A DNA stretch of 64,000 nt, taken from the NCBI GenBank assembly GCA_027624915.1, contig JAQBTR010000001.1:35609-99608 (forward strand), written 5' to 3'. The DNA comes from a bacterium (lineage in GTDB: Bacteria; Patescibacteriota; Minisyncoccia; Ryanbacterales; GWA2-47-10b). The notes beneath the pieces were generated by a model, which was not told the origin of the DNA, searched no databases, and worked only from the letters and a program-made list of their open reading frames with translations. Of this stretch, positions 1-10,801 are shown one piece after another. Every line of letters starts with the position of its first letter. Position 1 is the first letter of the stretch. The position numbers were made by a program, and so were the translations under genes.

Positions 1-2043
1 GACGCCGGTAAGACTACAGTCTCCGAGCGTATACTTTTTTATACTGGTGTTTCCCACAAGATTGGTGAGGTACATGAGGGCGAAGCAATCATGGACTGGA
101 TGGAACAGGAACAGGAACGAGGTATTACTATTACGTCTGCTGCCACAACCTGTTTTTGGAAACCAACATATTCACAAGACAAAAAAGACGAACATCGAAT
201 TAACATTATCGACACACCAGGTCATGTAGACTTTACGGTAGAGGTAGAGCGTTCACTACGTGTTTTGGATGGTGGTGTAGTTGTGTTTGATGGTGTTGCC
301 GGCGTAGAACCACAGTCAGAAACCGTATGGCGACAGGCTGACAAATATAATATTCCACGAATTTGTTTTATCAACAAGCTCGACCGAACAGGAGCATCTT
401 GGGAATTTAGTTACAAATCGATTCATGAAAGACTTTCACCAAATGCAATTGCAGTACAGCTTCCACTCGGTCTTGAGGCAAATCACGAAGGATCCGTCGA
501 TCTTTTAGCTCAAAAAGCTTACAAATTTGAAGGCGAGCGAGGTGAAAAAGTTGTTGAGACAGAAATCCCGGCCAACATGGCAGAAGATGTCAAAAAGCAC
601 CGAGCAAACTTAATTGAAAAAATTGTAGAAAATGATGATGCAATGATGGAGGCATATCTCGAAGGAAAAGAGCCACCACTCGATGAGCTCAAGCGCGCCT
701 TACGAGCCGCAACAATCGCATACAAAGTAATTCCTGTATATTGTGGAACCGCACTCAAGAACAAGGGTGTTCAACTTCTTTTGGACGGTGTGATTGATTA
801 TCTCCCAAGCCCACTTGATGTTCCTCCAGTTGAGGGTACCAAGCCAGATTCAGAAGATGTGATTACGCGCGAGGCCAAGGATGATGTATCATTTTCCGCA
901 CTTGCATTCAAGCTTCAGAACGACCCATTTGTAGGACAGTTAACATATTTCCGTGTGTATTCGGGTGTTCTTACCTCAGGTTCTTATATCTATAACTCAA
1001 CCAAAGATACTAAAGAACGAGTCGGACGAATTTTGCGCATGCACTCAAACAGCCGAGAAGAAGTAAAGGAAGTATTTACTGGTGAGATCGGTGCAATTGT
1101 TGGGCTCAAGGGAACCACAACTGGTGATACTCTGTGTGATCCAGAGAACCCGATTGTTCTTGAGCGGATCGTATTCCCAGAACCTGTTGTAGACCTCAAG
1201 ATTGAGCCAAAAACCAAGGCAGACCAAGAAAGGATGGGTCTTGCGCTCAAGCGACTTTCGGACGAAGATCCAACATTTAAAATTCACACTGACAAAGACA
1301 CGCTAGAAACTATTATTTCGGGTATGGGTGAACTTCATCTAGAGGTTTTGGTAGACCGAATGAAACGAGAGTTTAAGGTTGAAGCTAATATTGGTCAACC
1401 ACAAGTAGCATACAAAGAAACTATTCGTTCTGAAGCACAGGGCGAGGGAAAGTACATCAAGCAGTCTGGTGGTAAGGGTCAGTACGGTCACTGCAAGATT
1501 AAGGTTGAGCCCAATGAATCGGGCGCAGGATTTGAATTTGTTAATGAAATCAAGGGTGGGGCAATCCCCCAAGAATTTATTACGCCGGTAGAAAAAGGTA
1601 TCAAAGAAGCGCTCGATCGAGGTGTTATCGCGGGCTACCCAATGGTAGATGTAAGGGCACGTCTCTATGATGGTACATTCCATGACGTTGACTCGAGTGA
1701 ATCAGCCTTTAAGATTGCAGGCTCAATGGCACTTAGAGATGCAGCTCAAAAAGCCAATCCAGTTATTCTTGAGCCAATCATGCGCGTTGAGGTAATTGTA
1801 CCTACCGATTTTATGGGTGAAATTACAGGTGACCTTAACTCAAAGCGTGGGCGCATTGAAAGCATGGAAGACCGACTTAATCTCAAGGTAATTGATGCCA
1901 AGGTTCCACTTTCAGAAATGTTTGGATATGTTACACGACTTCGTTCTATGACAGAGGGACGAGGCTCATACACCATGGAGTTCGACGCATTTGAAGAAAT
2001 GCCAAAGAACATCTCTCAAGAGCTGATAGCTAAGAAGCAGTAA
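1..2043 (+). CDS. fusA: Elongation factor G, 5'-truncated at the window edge. The frame is open from nt 1 ([16 protein letters not shown]...), so the G1 motif lies upstream of the window.
   Basis: GTPase motifs DTPGHVDF and NKLDR; EF-G domain IV/V-like C-terminus; sits immediately upstream of tuf. Confidence 0.95.
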   Translation, partial: DAGKTTVSERILFYTGVSHKIGEVHEGEAIMDWMEQEQERGITITSAATTCFWKPTYSQDKKDEHRINIIDTPGHVDFTVEVERSLRVLDGGVVVFDGVAGVEPQSETVWRQADKYNIPRICFINKLDRTGASWEFSYKSIHERLSPNAIAVQLPLGLEANHEGSVDLLAQKAYKFEGERGEKVVETEIPANMAEDVKKHRANLIEKIVENDDAMMEAYLEGKEPPLDELKRALRAATIAYKVIPVYCGTALKNKGVQLLLDGVIDYLPSPLDVPPVEGTKPDSEDVITREAKDDVSFSALAFKLQNDPFVGQLTYFRVYSGVLTSGSYIYNSTKDTKERVGRILRMHSNSREEVKEVFTGEIGAIVGLKGTTTGDTLCDPENPIVLERIVFPEPVVDLKIEPKTKADQERMGLALKRLSDEDPTFKIHTDKDTLETIISGMGELHLEVLVDRMKREFKVEANIGQPQVAYKETIRSEAQGEGKYIKQSGGKGQYGHCKIKVEPNESGAGFEFVNEIKGGAIPQEFITPVEKGIKEALDRGVIAGYPMVDVRARLYDGTFHDVDSSESAFKIAGSMALRDAAQKANPVILEPIMRVEVIVPTDFMGEITGDLNSKRGRIESMEDRLNLKVIDAKVPLSEMFGYVTRLRSMTEGRGSYTMEFDAFEEMPKNISQELIAKKQ

Positions 2044-2087
2044 GACCAAAACAAAAATACTGCATATGCGGTATTTTTGTTTTGGTC
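2044..2087 (+). terminator. Rho-independent terminator after fusA: perfect 17-bp AT-rich stem gaccaaaacaaaaatac / gtatttttgttttggtc.
   Basis: Perfect inverted repeat starting 1 nt after the fusA stop codon, followed by ctat aatac. Confidence 0.6.
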
Positions 2088-2515
2088 TATAATACGGGCA
2101 TGGAGAAGAAAAGGAGTTCTATACCGTTTTATGTAGCGGCTACCATAACATTTGATACGATAGAGGTCTACGTGTCCCGTACAAAGTTTAGACGTGATAC
2201 TAGCTACAAAATATGAACATCAGCGATCTAAAACAATGTAAAATAAATTCTCGCTTTGGAGCGGAAATGTTTACATTCTCTATTTTGTATAGGATGGCAG
2301 ATGAAGACAAGGAAACATTTGCAAAGGAGGCGCCGACCGAGGACATTGATCTGGAGGAGGTTCCCCTTGAAGATTTGCCCTTGTAGGGGGGTTTGACAAA
2401 AACCCGTATTTTCCTTACCATTGGGCTTATCGAGCCCGTGTAGGAGTTTGCTTAAAAACAAGGTGTTTTTAGACTCCAATACAATTATTAATGTTTAGAG
2501 GTTATTTTTTTTACT

Positions 2516-3709
2516 ATGGCAGAAAAATTTGATCGAACAAAGCCACACGTCAACGTAGGAACCATTGGTCATGTAGACCACGGTAAGACTACTTTGACAG
2601 CGGCTATTCTCCATGGTCTCAACCTCATGGGTTACAAGGCGCGAGTTGAAGACGTAAGTCAGATCGACAAAGCACCTGAGGAGCGTGCACGTGGTATTAC
2701 CATTTCGCTTCACCACTCTGAGTATGAGACTGAAAAGCGTCACTTTGCGCATATTGATGCGCCAGGTCATGCTGACTATATCAAGAACATGATTACCGGG
2801 GCTGCCCAGATGGATGGTGCTGTCCTCGTGGTTGCCGCAACTGATGGCCCTATGCCACAGACCCGTGAGCACATTCTTCTTGCACGTCAGGTAGGTGTAC
2901 CTGCAATTATTGTTTTCATCAACAAGGTGGACGCAGTTGATGATCCAGAACTCGTAGAACTTGTTGAAGCAGAAATTCGTGAACTTTTGACAAAGTATGA
3001 ATACGATGGTGAGAACGCACCGATTATTAAGGGTTCGGCACTTAAGGCGCTCCAAGCTAAGTCAGTAGATGACGAAGCTATTAAGCCAATCAAAGAGCTT
3101 GCTGAAGCCTTGGATAACTATATTCCAGAGCCAAAGCGAGAACTCGACAAGCCATTTCTTATGCCAGTTGAGGATGTATTCTCAATTGAAGGACGTGGTA
3201 CCGTTGTAACGGGCCGCATCGAGCGAGGTCAGGTAAAGGTAGGTGAGGACATTGAAATCATTGGTCTTAAGGACACCGCAAAAACTACTGTTACTGGTAT
3301 TGAGATGTTTAATAAACAGCTTGATTCTGGTCAGGCGGGCGACAATGCAGGACTCCTCCTGCGAGGTCTTAAGAAGGAAGACGTAGAGCGTGGACAGGTA
3401 TTGGCAAAGTCAGGAACTGTCACACCTCACACCGAATTCGAAGCTGAAGTATATATCTTGAGCAAGGAAGAGGGTGGTCGTCATACTCCATTCTTCAAGG
3501 GCTACAAGCCACAGTTCTACATTCGAACAACTGACGTAACTGGTGAGGTTACTCTCCCTGAGGGTACTGAAATGGTTATGCCGGGGGATACCATGACATT
3601 TGATGTAAAACTTATCCAACCAGTTGCACTTGAAGAGAAGCAGCGGTTTGCTATCCGTGAAGGTGGCAAGACAGTTGGTGCTGGGGTTGTAACTAAAATC
3701 AAAAAATAA
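2516..3709 (+). CDS. tuf: Elongation factor Tu.
   Basis: [13 protein letters not shown] and NKVD motifs; 397 aa; canonical EF-Tu sequence throughout. Confidence 0.97.
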   Translation: MAEKFDRTKPHVNVGTIGHVDHGKTTLTAAILHGLNLMGYKARVEDVSQIDKAPEERARGITISLHHSEYETEKRHFAHIDAPGHADYIKNMITGAAQMDGAVLVVAATDGPMPQTREHILLARQVGVPAIIVFINKVDAVDDPELVELVEAEIRELLTKYEYDGENAPIIKGSALKALQAKSVDDEAIKPIKELAEALDNYIPEPKRELDKPFLMPVEDVFSIEGRGTVVTGRIERGQVKVGEDIEIIGLKDTAKTTVTGIEMFNKQLDSGQAGDNAGLLLRGLKKEDVERGQVLAKSGTVTPHTEFEAEVYILSKEEGGRHTPFFKGYKPQFYIRTTDVTGEVTLPEGTEMVMPGDTMTFDVKLIQPVALEEKQRFAIREGGKTVGAGVVTKIKK

Positions 3710-3711
3710 AC

Positions 3712-4074
3712 ATGGTAAAAAAAGCGGCAGCAAAGCCTGCAAAAGCAGAGAAGCCTGAAAAGGCGGAAATCAAAAGCAAGTTACGTATTCGTATTCGCGC
3801 ATACGACAACAAGGTAATTGATGCTTCGGTTAGGCAAATCGTTGATACCGCTCGTAGATACGGAGGTGAAATAGTTGGTCCTGTGCCACTTCCAACAGAA
3901 ATCCGTAAGTACACAGTGAACCGCTCAACCTTCGTTCACAAAAACGCCCGAGAGCAGTTTGAGATGAGGGTACACAAGCGAATAATCGACATTCTTGATC
4001 CAACGGCCAAGATTGTAGACTCGCTCACCAATCTCAACTTGCCAGCCGGCGTAGACATTGAAGTTAAAATGTAA
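3712..4074 (+). CDS. rpsJ: 30S ribosomal protein S10 with a Lys/Ala-rich N-terminal extension.
   Basis: Core ...RIRIRAYD...VDTARRYG...PLPT... matches S10; starts 3 nt after the tuf stop. Confidence 0.93.
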   Translation: MVKKAAAKPAKAEKPEKAEIKSKLRIRIRAYDNKVIDASVRQIVDTARRYGGEIVGPVPLPTEIRKYTVNRSTFVHKNAREQFEMRVHKRIIDILDPTAKIVDSLTNLNLPAGVDIEVKM

Positions 4075-4080
4075 ACAAAA

Positions 4081-4107
4081 AACCGCCTTCTGGGCGGTTT
4101 TTTTGAT
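4081..4107 (+). terminator. Terminator hairpin aaccgcc-ttctg-ggcggtt followed by a T-run, immediately after rpsJ.
   Basis: GC stem plus ttttttt; a terminator between S10 and L3 is unusual. Confidence 0.6.
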
Positions 4108-4276
4108 GTTCGATTGACTACTAGTAGAGATTTGAGAGGGGGCTTTACATTTAAAGCCTAATTTGCTATATTTTAGAGCATGTTTTCGGAATGTTGAGGT
4201 AGTTAAAAGGCAACGCGTTGTCGGGGTCTAACCCGATTTTTTTTACCAAAATTAACTAGTGGGATAGCTCAAGAAA

Positions 4277-4822
4277 ATGAAGAAATTCATGCTTGGAAAA
4301 AAGCTCGAAATGAGCCAGATTTTTGAGGAAGACGGTACAGTAGTTCCTGTAACTGTTATTAAAGCTACTCCAATTGAGGTTACTCAGGTAAAAACAGATG
4401 AGAAGGATGGCTACAAGGCTGTTCAAGTTGCCACTGGCACCACACGACGAGAGTTTCGACCCGAAGAGAGCGAATTCAAGATGGGCGAAAAAATTGATGT
4501 CACCATTTTTGAAGCAGGCGACAAAGTAAAGATTGCAGGAGCCGTTAAGGGTCGCGGTTTCCAAGGTGTTGTAAAGCGACACAACTTTGCAGGTCAGCCA
4601 AAAACTCACGGCGTTAAACACGCTCACAGACAGCCAGGTTCCATTGGTGCTGTGTGGCCACAGCGCGTTGTAAAAGGAACTCGTATGGCAGGTCACATGG
4701 GTACCAATCGCGTAAGCATCCAGGGACTTAGGGTTGTTAAGACCGACAAAGAACAAAATCTTTTGTATATTCGTGGCGCCGTTCCAGGTGCACGCGGAAC
4801 TCTTTTAGAAATAACTGCATAA
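4277..4822 (+). CDS. rplC: 50S ribosomal protein L3.
   Basis: LGKKLEMSQIF...VTVIK... and GKGFQGVVKRHNF-like core motifs. Confidence 0.93.
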   Translation: MKKFMLGKKLEMSQIFEEDGTVVPVTVIKATPIEVTQVKTDEKDGYKAVQVATGTTRREFRPEESEFKMGEKIDVTIFEAGDKVKIAGAVKGRGFQGVVKRHNFAGQPKTHGVKHAHRQPGSIGAVWPQRVVKGTRMAGHMGTNRVSIQGLRVVKTDKEQNLLYIRGAVPGARGTLLEITA

Positions 4823-4823
4823 C

Positions 4824-5468
4824 ATGAAAGCTCCACTTTACAGTAAAGAAGGAAAGCAAGTTGGTGATGTAACACTCTCCGAATCACTCTTTGGTGTCCG
4901 TTGGAATTCAAAAATGGTTCAGGAAGTTGTTGTTGCTCTTCAGACTAATCGACGAGCAGGAACTGCACACACAAAAGATCGTGGAGATGTACGCGGTGGT
5001 GGTAAAAAGCCATGGCAACAGAAGGGAACTGGTCGCGCACGACACGGTTCAAGTCGTTCACCAATTTGGATTGGTGGAGGTGTAACCCACGGCCCAACAT
5101 CAGAAAAAAACTATTCAAAGAAGATTAACAAGGTTGTTAAGCGTAAGGCCCTTGCTACTGTATTATCCAAAAAACTCAAAGAAGGTGAGGTATATTTTGT
5201 TGAGGATTTAGTTATGCCAAACCCAAAGACAAAAGAGGCCTTCACTTCGGTTGAGTTGTTTGGAAAGAATGTTGGTATTGAGAAGCTTGGCAAAAAGGGA
5301 GGGCGCGCGCTCCTTCTTCTTGAAAAGCCTCACCCAGAAACAATCCGAGCATTCCGAAATCTTCCTTATATAACAATTGAGGAGGCACGAAACGTAAACG
5401 TCGAAGAGGCTTTGATTCCAAAGTACATTGTACTTACTAAGAACGCAGCTGATTCGATTAAGGCATAG
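4824..5468 (+). CDS. rplD: 50S ribosomal protein L4.
   Basis: ...KPWQQKGTGRARHGS...IWIGGGVTHGP... L4 signature. Confidence 0.93.
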   Translation: MKAPLYSKEGKQVGDVTLSESLFGVRWNSKMVQEVVVALQTNRRAGTAHTKDRGDVRGGGKKPWQQKGTGRARHGSSRSPIWIGGGVTHGPTSEKNYSKKINKVVKRKALATVLSKKLKEGEVYFVEDLVMPNPKTKEAFTSVELFGKNVGIEKLGKKGGRALLLLEKPHPETIRAFRNLPYITIEEARNVNVEEALIPKYIVLTKNAADSIKA

Positions 5469-5476
5469 GAGATTAT

Positions 5477-5902
5477 ATGGCACTTTTTGACTTCTTAAAG
5501 AAAAAAGAATATCAGGAAAAAATTGCACAACGTGCTGAGTCTAAAAAGGCACCTATTGAGAAAGCTACTGAGGCCCCAAAGGCCAAAGAAGCAGAGGAAA
5601 GGGTACCAGCTAGCTTGGAAGCACAGGTAAGTACCGAGGGTGTTTTGATAACCCCACACATTACAGAGCGAGCACGCGCTTTGGCTGAGATTGGGCAATA
5701 TGTTTTTCGAATTAACCGAGACGCAAACAAAGCTCAGGTTAAAAAGTCAGTGCAGGGCATGTACGGTGTTAACGTTGAGGGCGTAAAAGTTATTACAGTA
5801 CACGAGAAAAAGCGTCGTAGAGGCTTGACAGAGGGAGTTAAAAAGGGTTATAAAAAGGCGGTTGTAAGCCTTAGAGAGGGTGAAAAAATTGATATCTTTT
5901 AA
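5477..5902 (+). CDS. rplW: 50S ribosomal protein L23 with an N-terminal Lys/Glu-rich extension.
   Basis: C-terminal ...YVFRINRDANKAQVKKSVQGMYGVNVEGVKV... L23 core. Confidence 0.88.
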   Translation: MALFDFLKKKEYQEKIAQRAESKKAPIEKATEAPKAKEAEERVPASLEAQVSTEGVLITPHITERARALAEIGQYVFRINRDANKAQVKKSVQGMYGVNVEGVKVITVHEKKRRRGLTEGVKKGYKKAVVSLREGEKIDIF

Positions 5903-5904
5903 AC

Positions 5905-6747
5905 ATGAAGTTATATAAACCAACAACTCCAGGGCGACGAGGGATGACGGTAATTGAATACCGTAAGTTCCTCTCAAAAAAGACTAAAGAAAAGTCTTTG
6001 ACTTTTGGTTTCAAAAGGAGTGTTGGACGTAACAGTGCTGGACGTATTACTACTCGTCACAAGGGTTCTGGTAACAAGCGATTGTATCGTTTGGTATCTT
6101 TCAAATATGATAAAAAGGGTATTCCTGCAAAGGTTATTGGTATCGAATACGATCCAAACCGAAGTGCATTTATTGCGGCCGTCAACTACAAAGACGGTGA
6201 GAAGCGCTACCTTTTGGCAGACAAGGAAATGAAGGAAGGTCAGGCAATTATTCACGATGAGAATGCACCAGTACAATCAGGAAATGCACTTCCTCTTTCA
6301 AAGATGACACCAGGAACATTTGTCTATAATGTAGAACTTAAGCCAGATGGTGGTGCTAAGCTTATCCGAAGCGCCGGTTCTCACGCGGAGGTTATAGCTC
6401 AAGAAGATAATTACACCACGCTCAAGATGCCATCAAAGGAAATCCGAAAGATTCCAGCAAAGTCATGGGCAACTGTAGGTGTGCCATCAAATGAAGAGCA
6501 CGGATTTGTTGTCTTTGGTAAGGCCGGACGTTCACGTCACGCAGGTATTCGACCAACTGTTCGTGGTTCTGCTATGAACCCAGTGGATCACCCATATGGT
6601 GGTGGTGAGGGCGCACAGCCACGAGGTACAAATCGACCAAAGAATAAGTGGGGTCGTGGCACCCGTGGAGTAAAGACTCGAGACAAGAAGAAATATTCAA
6701 CAAGACTTATTGTGTCACGTCGACCTAAAACAAAACGTAAAAAATAA
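5905..6747 (+). CDS. rplB: 50S ribosomal protein L2.
   Basis: 280 aa; ...[16 protein letters not shown]... and ...HPYGGGEG... L2 motifs. Confidence 0.96.
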   Translation: MKLYKPTTPGRRGMTVIEYRKFLSKKTKEKSLTFGFKRSVGRNSAGRITTRHKGSGNKRLYRLVSFKYDKKGIPAKVIGIEYDPNRSAFIAAVNYKDGEKRYLLADKEMKEGQAIIHDENAPVQSGNALPLSKMTPGTFVYNVELKPDGGAKLIRSAGSHAEVIAQEDNYTTLKMPSKEIRKIPAKSWATVGVPSNEEHGFVVFGKAGRSRHAGIRPTVRGSAMNPVDHPYGGGEGAQPRGTNRPKNKWGRGTRGVKTRDKKKYSTRLIVSRRPKTKRKK

Positions 6748-6749
6748 TC

Positions 6750-7076
6750 ATGAGTAGATCACTTAAAAAAGGACCATTTATTGATGCAAAACTCTTAAAA
6801 AAAATTAAGGCAGCCGCGCCTGGATCAAAAGAGGTTATTAAGACGTGGTCACGTGCTTCTACTATTTCTCCAGAAATGGTTGGATTTACCTTTGGCGTTC
6901 ATAATGGTCGCGAACACCTCAAGGTTCATGTCATTGAAGAAATGGTTGGACACCGATTGGGTGAGTTTTCGCCAACACGCAAGTTTATTCGTCATGGTGG
7001 AAAAATGCAGAAAGAATTAGAGGTGGCTGCAAAGCAGAAAGAAGTTGATGCGGCAAAAGCCGCTAAGGTCGCATAA
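6750..7076 (+). CDS. rpsS: 30S ribosomal protein S19 with a C-terminal Ala/Lys-rich tail.
   Basis: SLKKGPF...[27 protein letters not shown]19 core. Confidence 0.94.
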   Translation: MSRSLKKGPFIDAKLLKKIKAAAPGSKEVIKTWSRASTISPEMVGFTFGVHNGREHLKVHVIEEMVGHRLGEFSPTRKFIRHGGKMQKELEVAAKQKEVDAAKAAKVA

Positions 7077-7085
7077 TAATTACAT

Positions 7086-7430
7086 ATGTCTAAATCAACA
7101 GCAAAACTTAGCTTCTTACGAATCGCACCACGAAAGGTACGCTTGTTAGCTGACCTTGTTAAGGGAAGCGAAGTTAGTATTGCTATCAATCAGTTGACTA
7201 TAAATACTAAGCGTAGTGCTGAGCCACTTTTGAAGTTGATCAAGAGTGCCGTTGCAAATGCTCACGAAAACTCGAAGGTTCCGGAGGGTACACCTCTATA
7301 TATTCGAAGTCTCCGAGTGGACGAGGGTCGTACGCTCAAGCGTATGATGCCACGAGCAAGAGGTCGTGCGACAACTATTCGCAAGCGATCTAGTCATATT
7401 ACTCTCGAGTTAGATACAGAAAAGAAATAA
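7086..7430 (+). CDS. rplV: 50S ribosomal protein L22.
   Basis: ...RIAPRKVRLLADLVKG... and ...LRVDEGRTLKRMMPRARGRA... L22 motifs. Confidence 0.93.
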   Translation: MSKSTAKLSFLRIAPRKVRLLADLVKGSEVSIAINQLTINTKRSAEPLLKLIKSAVANAHENSKVPEGTPLYIRSLRVDEGRTLKRMMPRARGRATTIRKRSSHITLELDTEKK

Positions 7431-7431
7431 T

Positions 7432-8100
7432 ATGACACACTCAGTTCACCCATACTCATTCCGTATTGGCACACTCCGCGACTGGAAATCGCGTTGGTTT
7501 CAGCGTCACGATTATGCCAAGTCTCTAGAGGAGGACGTAACCGTACGAGAGTGGCTCATGGAGAAGCTTCGTCCAGTGCAGGTTTCTGATATTGAAATTG
7601 AGCGTTCACGAAAGACAATAACCCTTATTATCAAGACTCCACGACCAGGACTTTTGATTGGTAGAGGTGGAGAAGGTGTCGAAAAGCTACGAAAGGAAAT
7701 TCAGAAGAAGATGGGATTTAAGGACTTTAAGGTAACTGTTGAAGAGGTACGAACCCCATATGCTGATGCACGAGTTGTAGCGCGTCTTGTAGTCACAGAC
7801 CTCGAACGACGTATGTCTTTCCGACGTGTACTTAAGATGACTATAGAAAAGGTTATGGCATCGGGTACCGTTAAGGGTGTTCGAATTGAGGTCTCTGGAC
7901 GATTGGATGGTGCAGAAATGGGTCGACGACAATGGCTTAGAAAGGGTCTTATTCCTTTGCAAACACTTCGCGCAGATGTTGATTACTGTCGAGACCGGGC
8001 AAGACTTCCATACGGAACAATTGGTGTTACCGTTTGGATTTATCGGGGTGAAGTATTTGAAAAGGACTCAAAAGACGATAAGAAAAAGCTTAAGAAATAG
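7432..8100 (+). CDS. rpsC: 30S ribosomal protein S3.
   Basis: HPYSFRIG...KH domain (GLLIGRGGEGVEKLRKE)... S3 C-terminal domain. Confidence 0.95.
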   Translation: MTHSVHPYSFRIGTLRDWKSRWFQRHDYAKSLEEDVTVREWLMEKLRPVQVSDIEIERSRKTITLIIKTPRPGLLIGRGGEGVEKLRKEIQKKMGFKDFKVTVEEVRTPYADARVVARLVVTDLERRMSFRRVLKMTIEKVMASGTVKGVRIEVSGRLDGAEMGRRQWLRKGLIPLQTLRADVDYCRDRARLPYGTIGVTVWIYRGEVFEKDSKDDKKKLKK

Positions 8101-8109
8101 GAGATTATT

Positions 8110-8523
8110 ATGTTACTTCCAAAAAAAGTAAAACATCGAAAATGGCACAAAGGCCGCTCACGAGCGCGTGTTATCGAGACTCGCGGCGTTAATGTCTCTT
8201 TTGGTGCATATGGTCTCAAGGCAACAACCTCTGCGTGGATTAACTCACGACAGATTGAGGCTGCTCGTAGAACCATTTCACGATATGTTCAGAAAGGAGG
8301 TAAGATTTGGATTCGTATTTTTCCTGACAAGCCAGTAACGAAAAAGCCACCCGAGGTAGGAATGGGTAAAGGAAAGGGTGCTCCAGATCATTATGTATTT
8401 CCTGTACGACCTGGCCGAGTATTATTTGAAATCGATGGTGTACCTGAAGCAACAGCAAAAGAAGCAATGCGACGTGCTGGTGCAAAGTTACCACTTAAGA
8501 CTAAATTCGTGGAGCGCGTATGA
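8110..8523 (+). CDS. rplP: 50S ribosomal protein L16.
   Basis: [16 protein letters not shown]...GKGAPDHYV... L16 signature. Confidence 0.95.
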   Translation: MLLPKKVKHRKWHKGRSRARVIETRGVNVSFGAYGLKATTSAWINSRQIEAARRTISRYVQKGGKIWIRIFPDKPVTKKPPEVGMGKGKGAPDHYVFPVRPGRVLFEIDGVPEATAKEAMRRAGAKLPLKTKFVERV

Positions 8524-8702
8524 AAATAAAAGACTTACGAGCAAAATCTGCGAAGGATCTGGAAGAGCTTTTAAAAACGACAACGCAAAAGATTGCTGAC
8601 AGCACGTTTTATCACGCACAGTCTCGATCAAAAAATGTTAAGGAAGTAAAAGAGCTTCGTCGAAGGCGAGCGCGAATCATCACGGTATTAAAGGAGAAAT
8701 AA
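8520..8702 (+). CDS. rpmC: 50S ribosomal protein L29.
   Basis: 60 aa; [17 protein letters not shown]...; overlaps the rplP stop (ATGA). Confidence 0.9.
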   Translation: MKIKDLRAKSAKDLEELLKTTTQKIADSTFYHAQSRSKNVKEVKELRRRRARIITVLKEK

Positions 8703-8704
8703 TC

Positions 8705-8947
8705 ATGACTGAAATAACAAAACATATTCAGAAATTACGAGGCACGGTAGTCTCAACAAAAATGCCAAAAACGGTAGTTATTTCAGTTACTCGTTTGGCC
8801 AAGCACCCACGTATTCACAAGTATGTGAAGATTACAAAGCGATACAAGGCTCATACTGAAGATACTTTTGAGGTAGGAGATTATGTAACAATCCAGCCAT
8901 CACGACCGATTTCAAAAGATAAACGATGGATAGTCGTTAAAGAATAA
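8705..8947 (+). CDS. rpsQ: 30S ribosomal protein S17.
   Basis: ...[32 protein letters not shown]...YKAHTE...[18 protein letters not shown]... Confidence 0.93.
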   Translation: MTEITKHIQKLRGTVVSTKMPKTVVISVTRLAKHPRIHKYVKITKRYKAHTEDTFEVGDYVTIQPSRPISKDKRWIVVKE

Positions 8948-8956
8948 TAAAACACC

Positions 8957-9322
8957 ATGATACAACCACAAACATTATTAAATGTAGCGGACAACTCGGG
9001 AGCAAAAATAATCCGAGTGTTTAAGGTTCTTGGAGGCTCAAAGCGTAGGTACGCTCGAATTGGGGATCTTGTGGTTGCTTCAGTACAGGTGGCAGAACCA
9101 CGAAAGCAGGTTAAGAAAAAAGATATTGTGCGTGCAGTGATCGTTCGACAGCGAGCGCCAATGCGACGCAAGGATGGTTCATATATACGATTTGATGACA
9201 ACGCAGCAGTACTCGTAGAAAAGGGTGAGCCACGAGGTGCGCGTATTTTTGGACCGGTAGCACGCGAACTCCGAGATAAAGGTTATATGAAAATTATTTC
9301 TCTTGCCGAGGAGGTTTTGTAA
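8957..9322 (+). CDS. rplN: 50S ribosomal protein L14.
   Basis: [17 protein letters not shown]...; near-canonical L14. Confidence 0.96.
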   Translation: MIQPQTLLNVADNSGAKIIRVFKVLGGSKRRYARIGDLVVASVQVAEPRKQVKKKDIVRAVIVRQRAPMRRKDGSYIRFDDNAAVLVEKGEPRGARIFGPVARELRDKGYMKIISLAEEVL

Positions 9323-9323
9323 T

Positions 9324-9629
9324 ATGAATATTTCAAAAAATATTAAAAAAGGCGACACAGTAATTGTTCTATCGGGCAAGGATCGTGGCAAAAAAGGGAA
9401 AGTAACCCGTCTCTCTAAAGTTGAAGACAAGGTTGTTGTCGACGGCATTAACCAGCGAATACGACACACACGCCCAAAGAAGCAAGGGCAAAAGGGACAG
9501 AAGGTTACAGTAACTCACCCAGTATGGTTATCAAACGTTATGATCGTTTGTTCAAAATGTGGAAAGGGCGTTCGAGTTGGGAGAAGTGACGGAAAACGAG
9601 TATGTAAGAAATGCGGGGGTAACTTGTAG
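9324..9629 (+). CDS. rplX: 50S ribosomal protein L24 with a C-terminal CxxC...CxxC zinc-ribbon extension. The start is moved to the ATG at 9324, which follows RBS gaggagg.
   Basis: KOW motif IKKGDTVIVLSGKDRGKKGKV; C-terminal CSKCGKG...CKKCGG. Confidence 0.88.
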   Translation: MNISKNIKKGDTVIVLSGKDRGKKGKVTRLSKVEDKVVVDGINQRIRHTRPKKQGQKGQKVTVTHPVWLSNVMIVCSKCGKGVRVGRSDGKRVCKKCGGNL

Positions 9630-9637
9630 GAGATATT

Positions 9638-10189
9638 ATGGCACCAAAAGAATTACATTTGAAAGACATCTATAAGGAAAAGACACTTCCTCTTTTTCAG
9701 AAAGAGCATGATTATAAAAACATCATGTCTGTTCCGCGTATCAAAAAAGTTATTGTAAACATGGGAATCGGACGCCTTAAGGATGACAAAGAACAGGATA
9801 CTGCACGTCAGGCTCTTGAGCTTATCACCGGACAGAAGGTTCAAATTCGTCCAGCTCGTATTTCAATTGCCTCGTTCAAGCTTCGAAAGGGCATGCCAGT
9901 TGGGTTTAGGGTTACTCTTCGTGGTAAGCGAATGTATGAGTTTCTTGAGAAGCTTATCTTTTCTGCAATTCCACGTATGCGTGACTTCCGAGGCTTCGAA
10001 GACAATATTATAGATGAGCATGGAAATCTTCACATTGGTATCAGAGAGCATATTATTTTTCCAGAAATGGTTGGTGAAGATGTTAACCGTATTTTCGGAT
10101 TTCAGGTATCAATTGTGACGAGTGCTGGGACAAAAGAAAAGGCCGACGCTCTGTTCCGGTCGTTACATTTTCCGCTTGCTAAAAAGTAA
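9638..10189 (+). CDS. rplE: 50S ribosomal protein L5.
   Basis: ...PRIKKVIVNMGIG...GQKVQIRPARISIASFKLRKGMPVGFRVTLRGKRMYEF... Confidence 0.95.
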   Translation: MAPKELHLKDIYKEKTLPLFQKEHDYKNIMSVPRIKKVIVNMGIGRLKDDKEQDTARQALELITGQKVQIRPARISIASFKLRKGMPVGFRVTLRGKRMYEFLEKLIFSAIPRMRDFRGFEDNIIDEHGNLHIGIREHIIFPEMVGEDVNRIFGFQVSIVTSAGTKEKADALFRSLHFPLAKK

Positions 10190-10217
10190 TTTTTAACGTA
10201 TTATATCCGAGTTCAAC

Positions 10218-10403
10218 ATGGCTAAAACATCAGTAATCGAACGAGCAAAAAAGAAACCAAAATTCTCATCCCGTATAGTGAGACGATGTTTTCGGTGTGG
10301 TCGAAAGCACGGTTTTATGAGAGATTTTGGTCTTTGTCGAATTTGCTTCAGAGAGCTTGCGAATGAAGGAATGATTCCAGGAGTTAAGAAATCATCATGG
10401 TAA
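10218..10403 (+). CDS. rpsZ: 30S ribosomal protein S14, zinc-binding type Z.
   Basis: 61 aa; [20 protein letters not shown] (C-x2-C...C-x2-C). Confidence 0.93.
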   Translation: MAKTSVIERAKKKPKFSSRIVRRCFRCGRKHGFMRDFGLCRICFRELANEGMIPGVKKSSW

Positions 10404-10792
10404 GAGATCGTATTTCAGATTACATAGTACGCTTGAAGAACGCCCAGGCAGTAAGCCGTGAGGTGACTACTGTTCCGTATACAGATCTTTTGTGGGAAAT
10501 TTCAAAGAAGCTCGAAGAGACTGGATATGTATCAAAGATTGATAGACGAGGAAAAAGAATTCAGCGTTCTATTGAACTTTCGTTTAAGTATGACAAAGAT
10601 GGCATAGGAAAAATTGATGGCGTGCGTCGAATATCAAAACTTTCACGTCGAATATACAAAAAATCAACCGAGCTTTTTCCTATTAAGCATGGACGTGGTC
10701 ACTCTATTATTTCTACTTCAAAAGGAATAATGACTGATGCTGAGGCAAGAAAAGGAAAAGTTGGGGGCGAGGTGTTATTCGAAATTTGGTAA
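10397..10792 (+). CDS. rpsH: 30S ribosomal protein S8.
   Basis: ...[12 protein letters not shown]...[31 protein letters not shown]. Confidence 0.94.
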   Translation: MVRDRISDYIVRLKNAQAVSREVTTVPYTDLLWEISKKLEETGYVSKIDRRGKRIQRSIELSFKYDKDGIGKIDGVRRISKLSRRIYKKSTELFPIKHGRGHSIISTSKGIMTDAEARKGKVGGEVLFEIW

Positions 10793-10801
10793 TAAATAAT
10801 T

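Noticed and set aside
519-2012. Minus-strand ORFs inside fusA (519..764, 990..1250, 1339..1683 and 1746..2012). The same pattern occurs inside tuf, secY, ileS, argS, the histidine kinase, the surface protein and the oxidoreductase.
   Set aside because: They are fully embedded antisense to strongly supported conserved genes, have no RBS or motifs, and are typical shadow ORFs.
2090-2515. Possible tRNA genes in the fusA-tuf spacer, as found upstream of tufB in some bacteria. Other long spacers were checked too.
   Set aside because: No cloverleaf or GTTCGAATC-type T-loop signature was found. The only tRNA-like 3' domain in the window belongs to the tmRNA.
9303-9323. Extended L24 start at 9303 ([11 protein letters not shown]...).
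   Set aside because: It overlaps the end of rplN and lacks an RBS. The ATG at 9324 follows gaggagg and gives the conserved L24 N-terminus.
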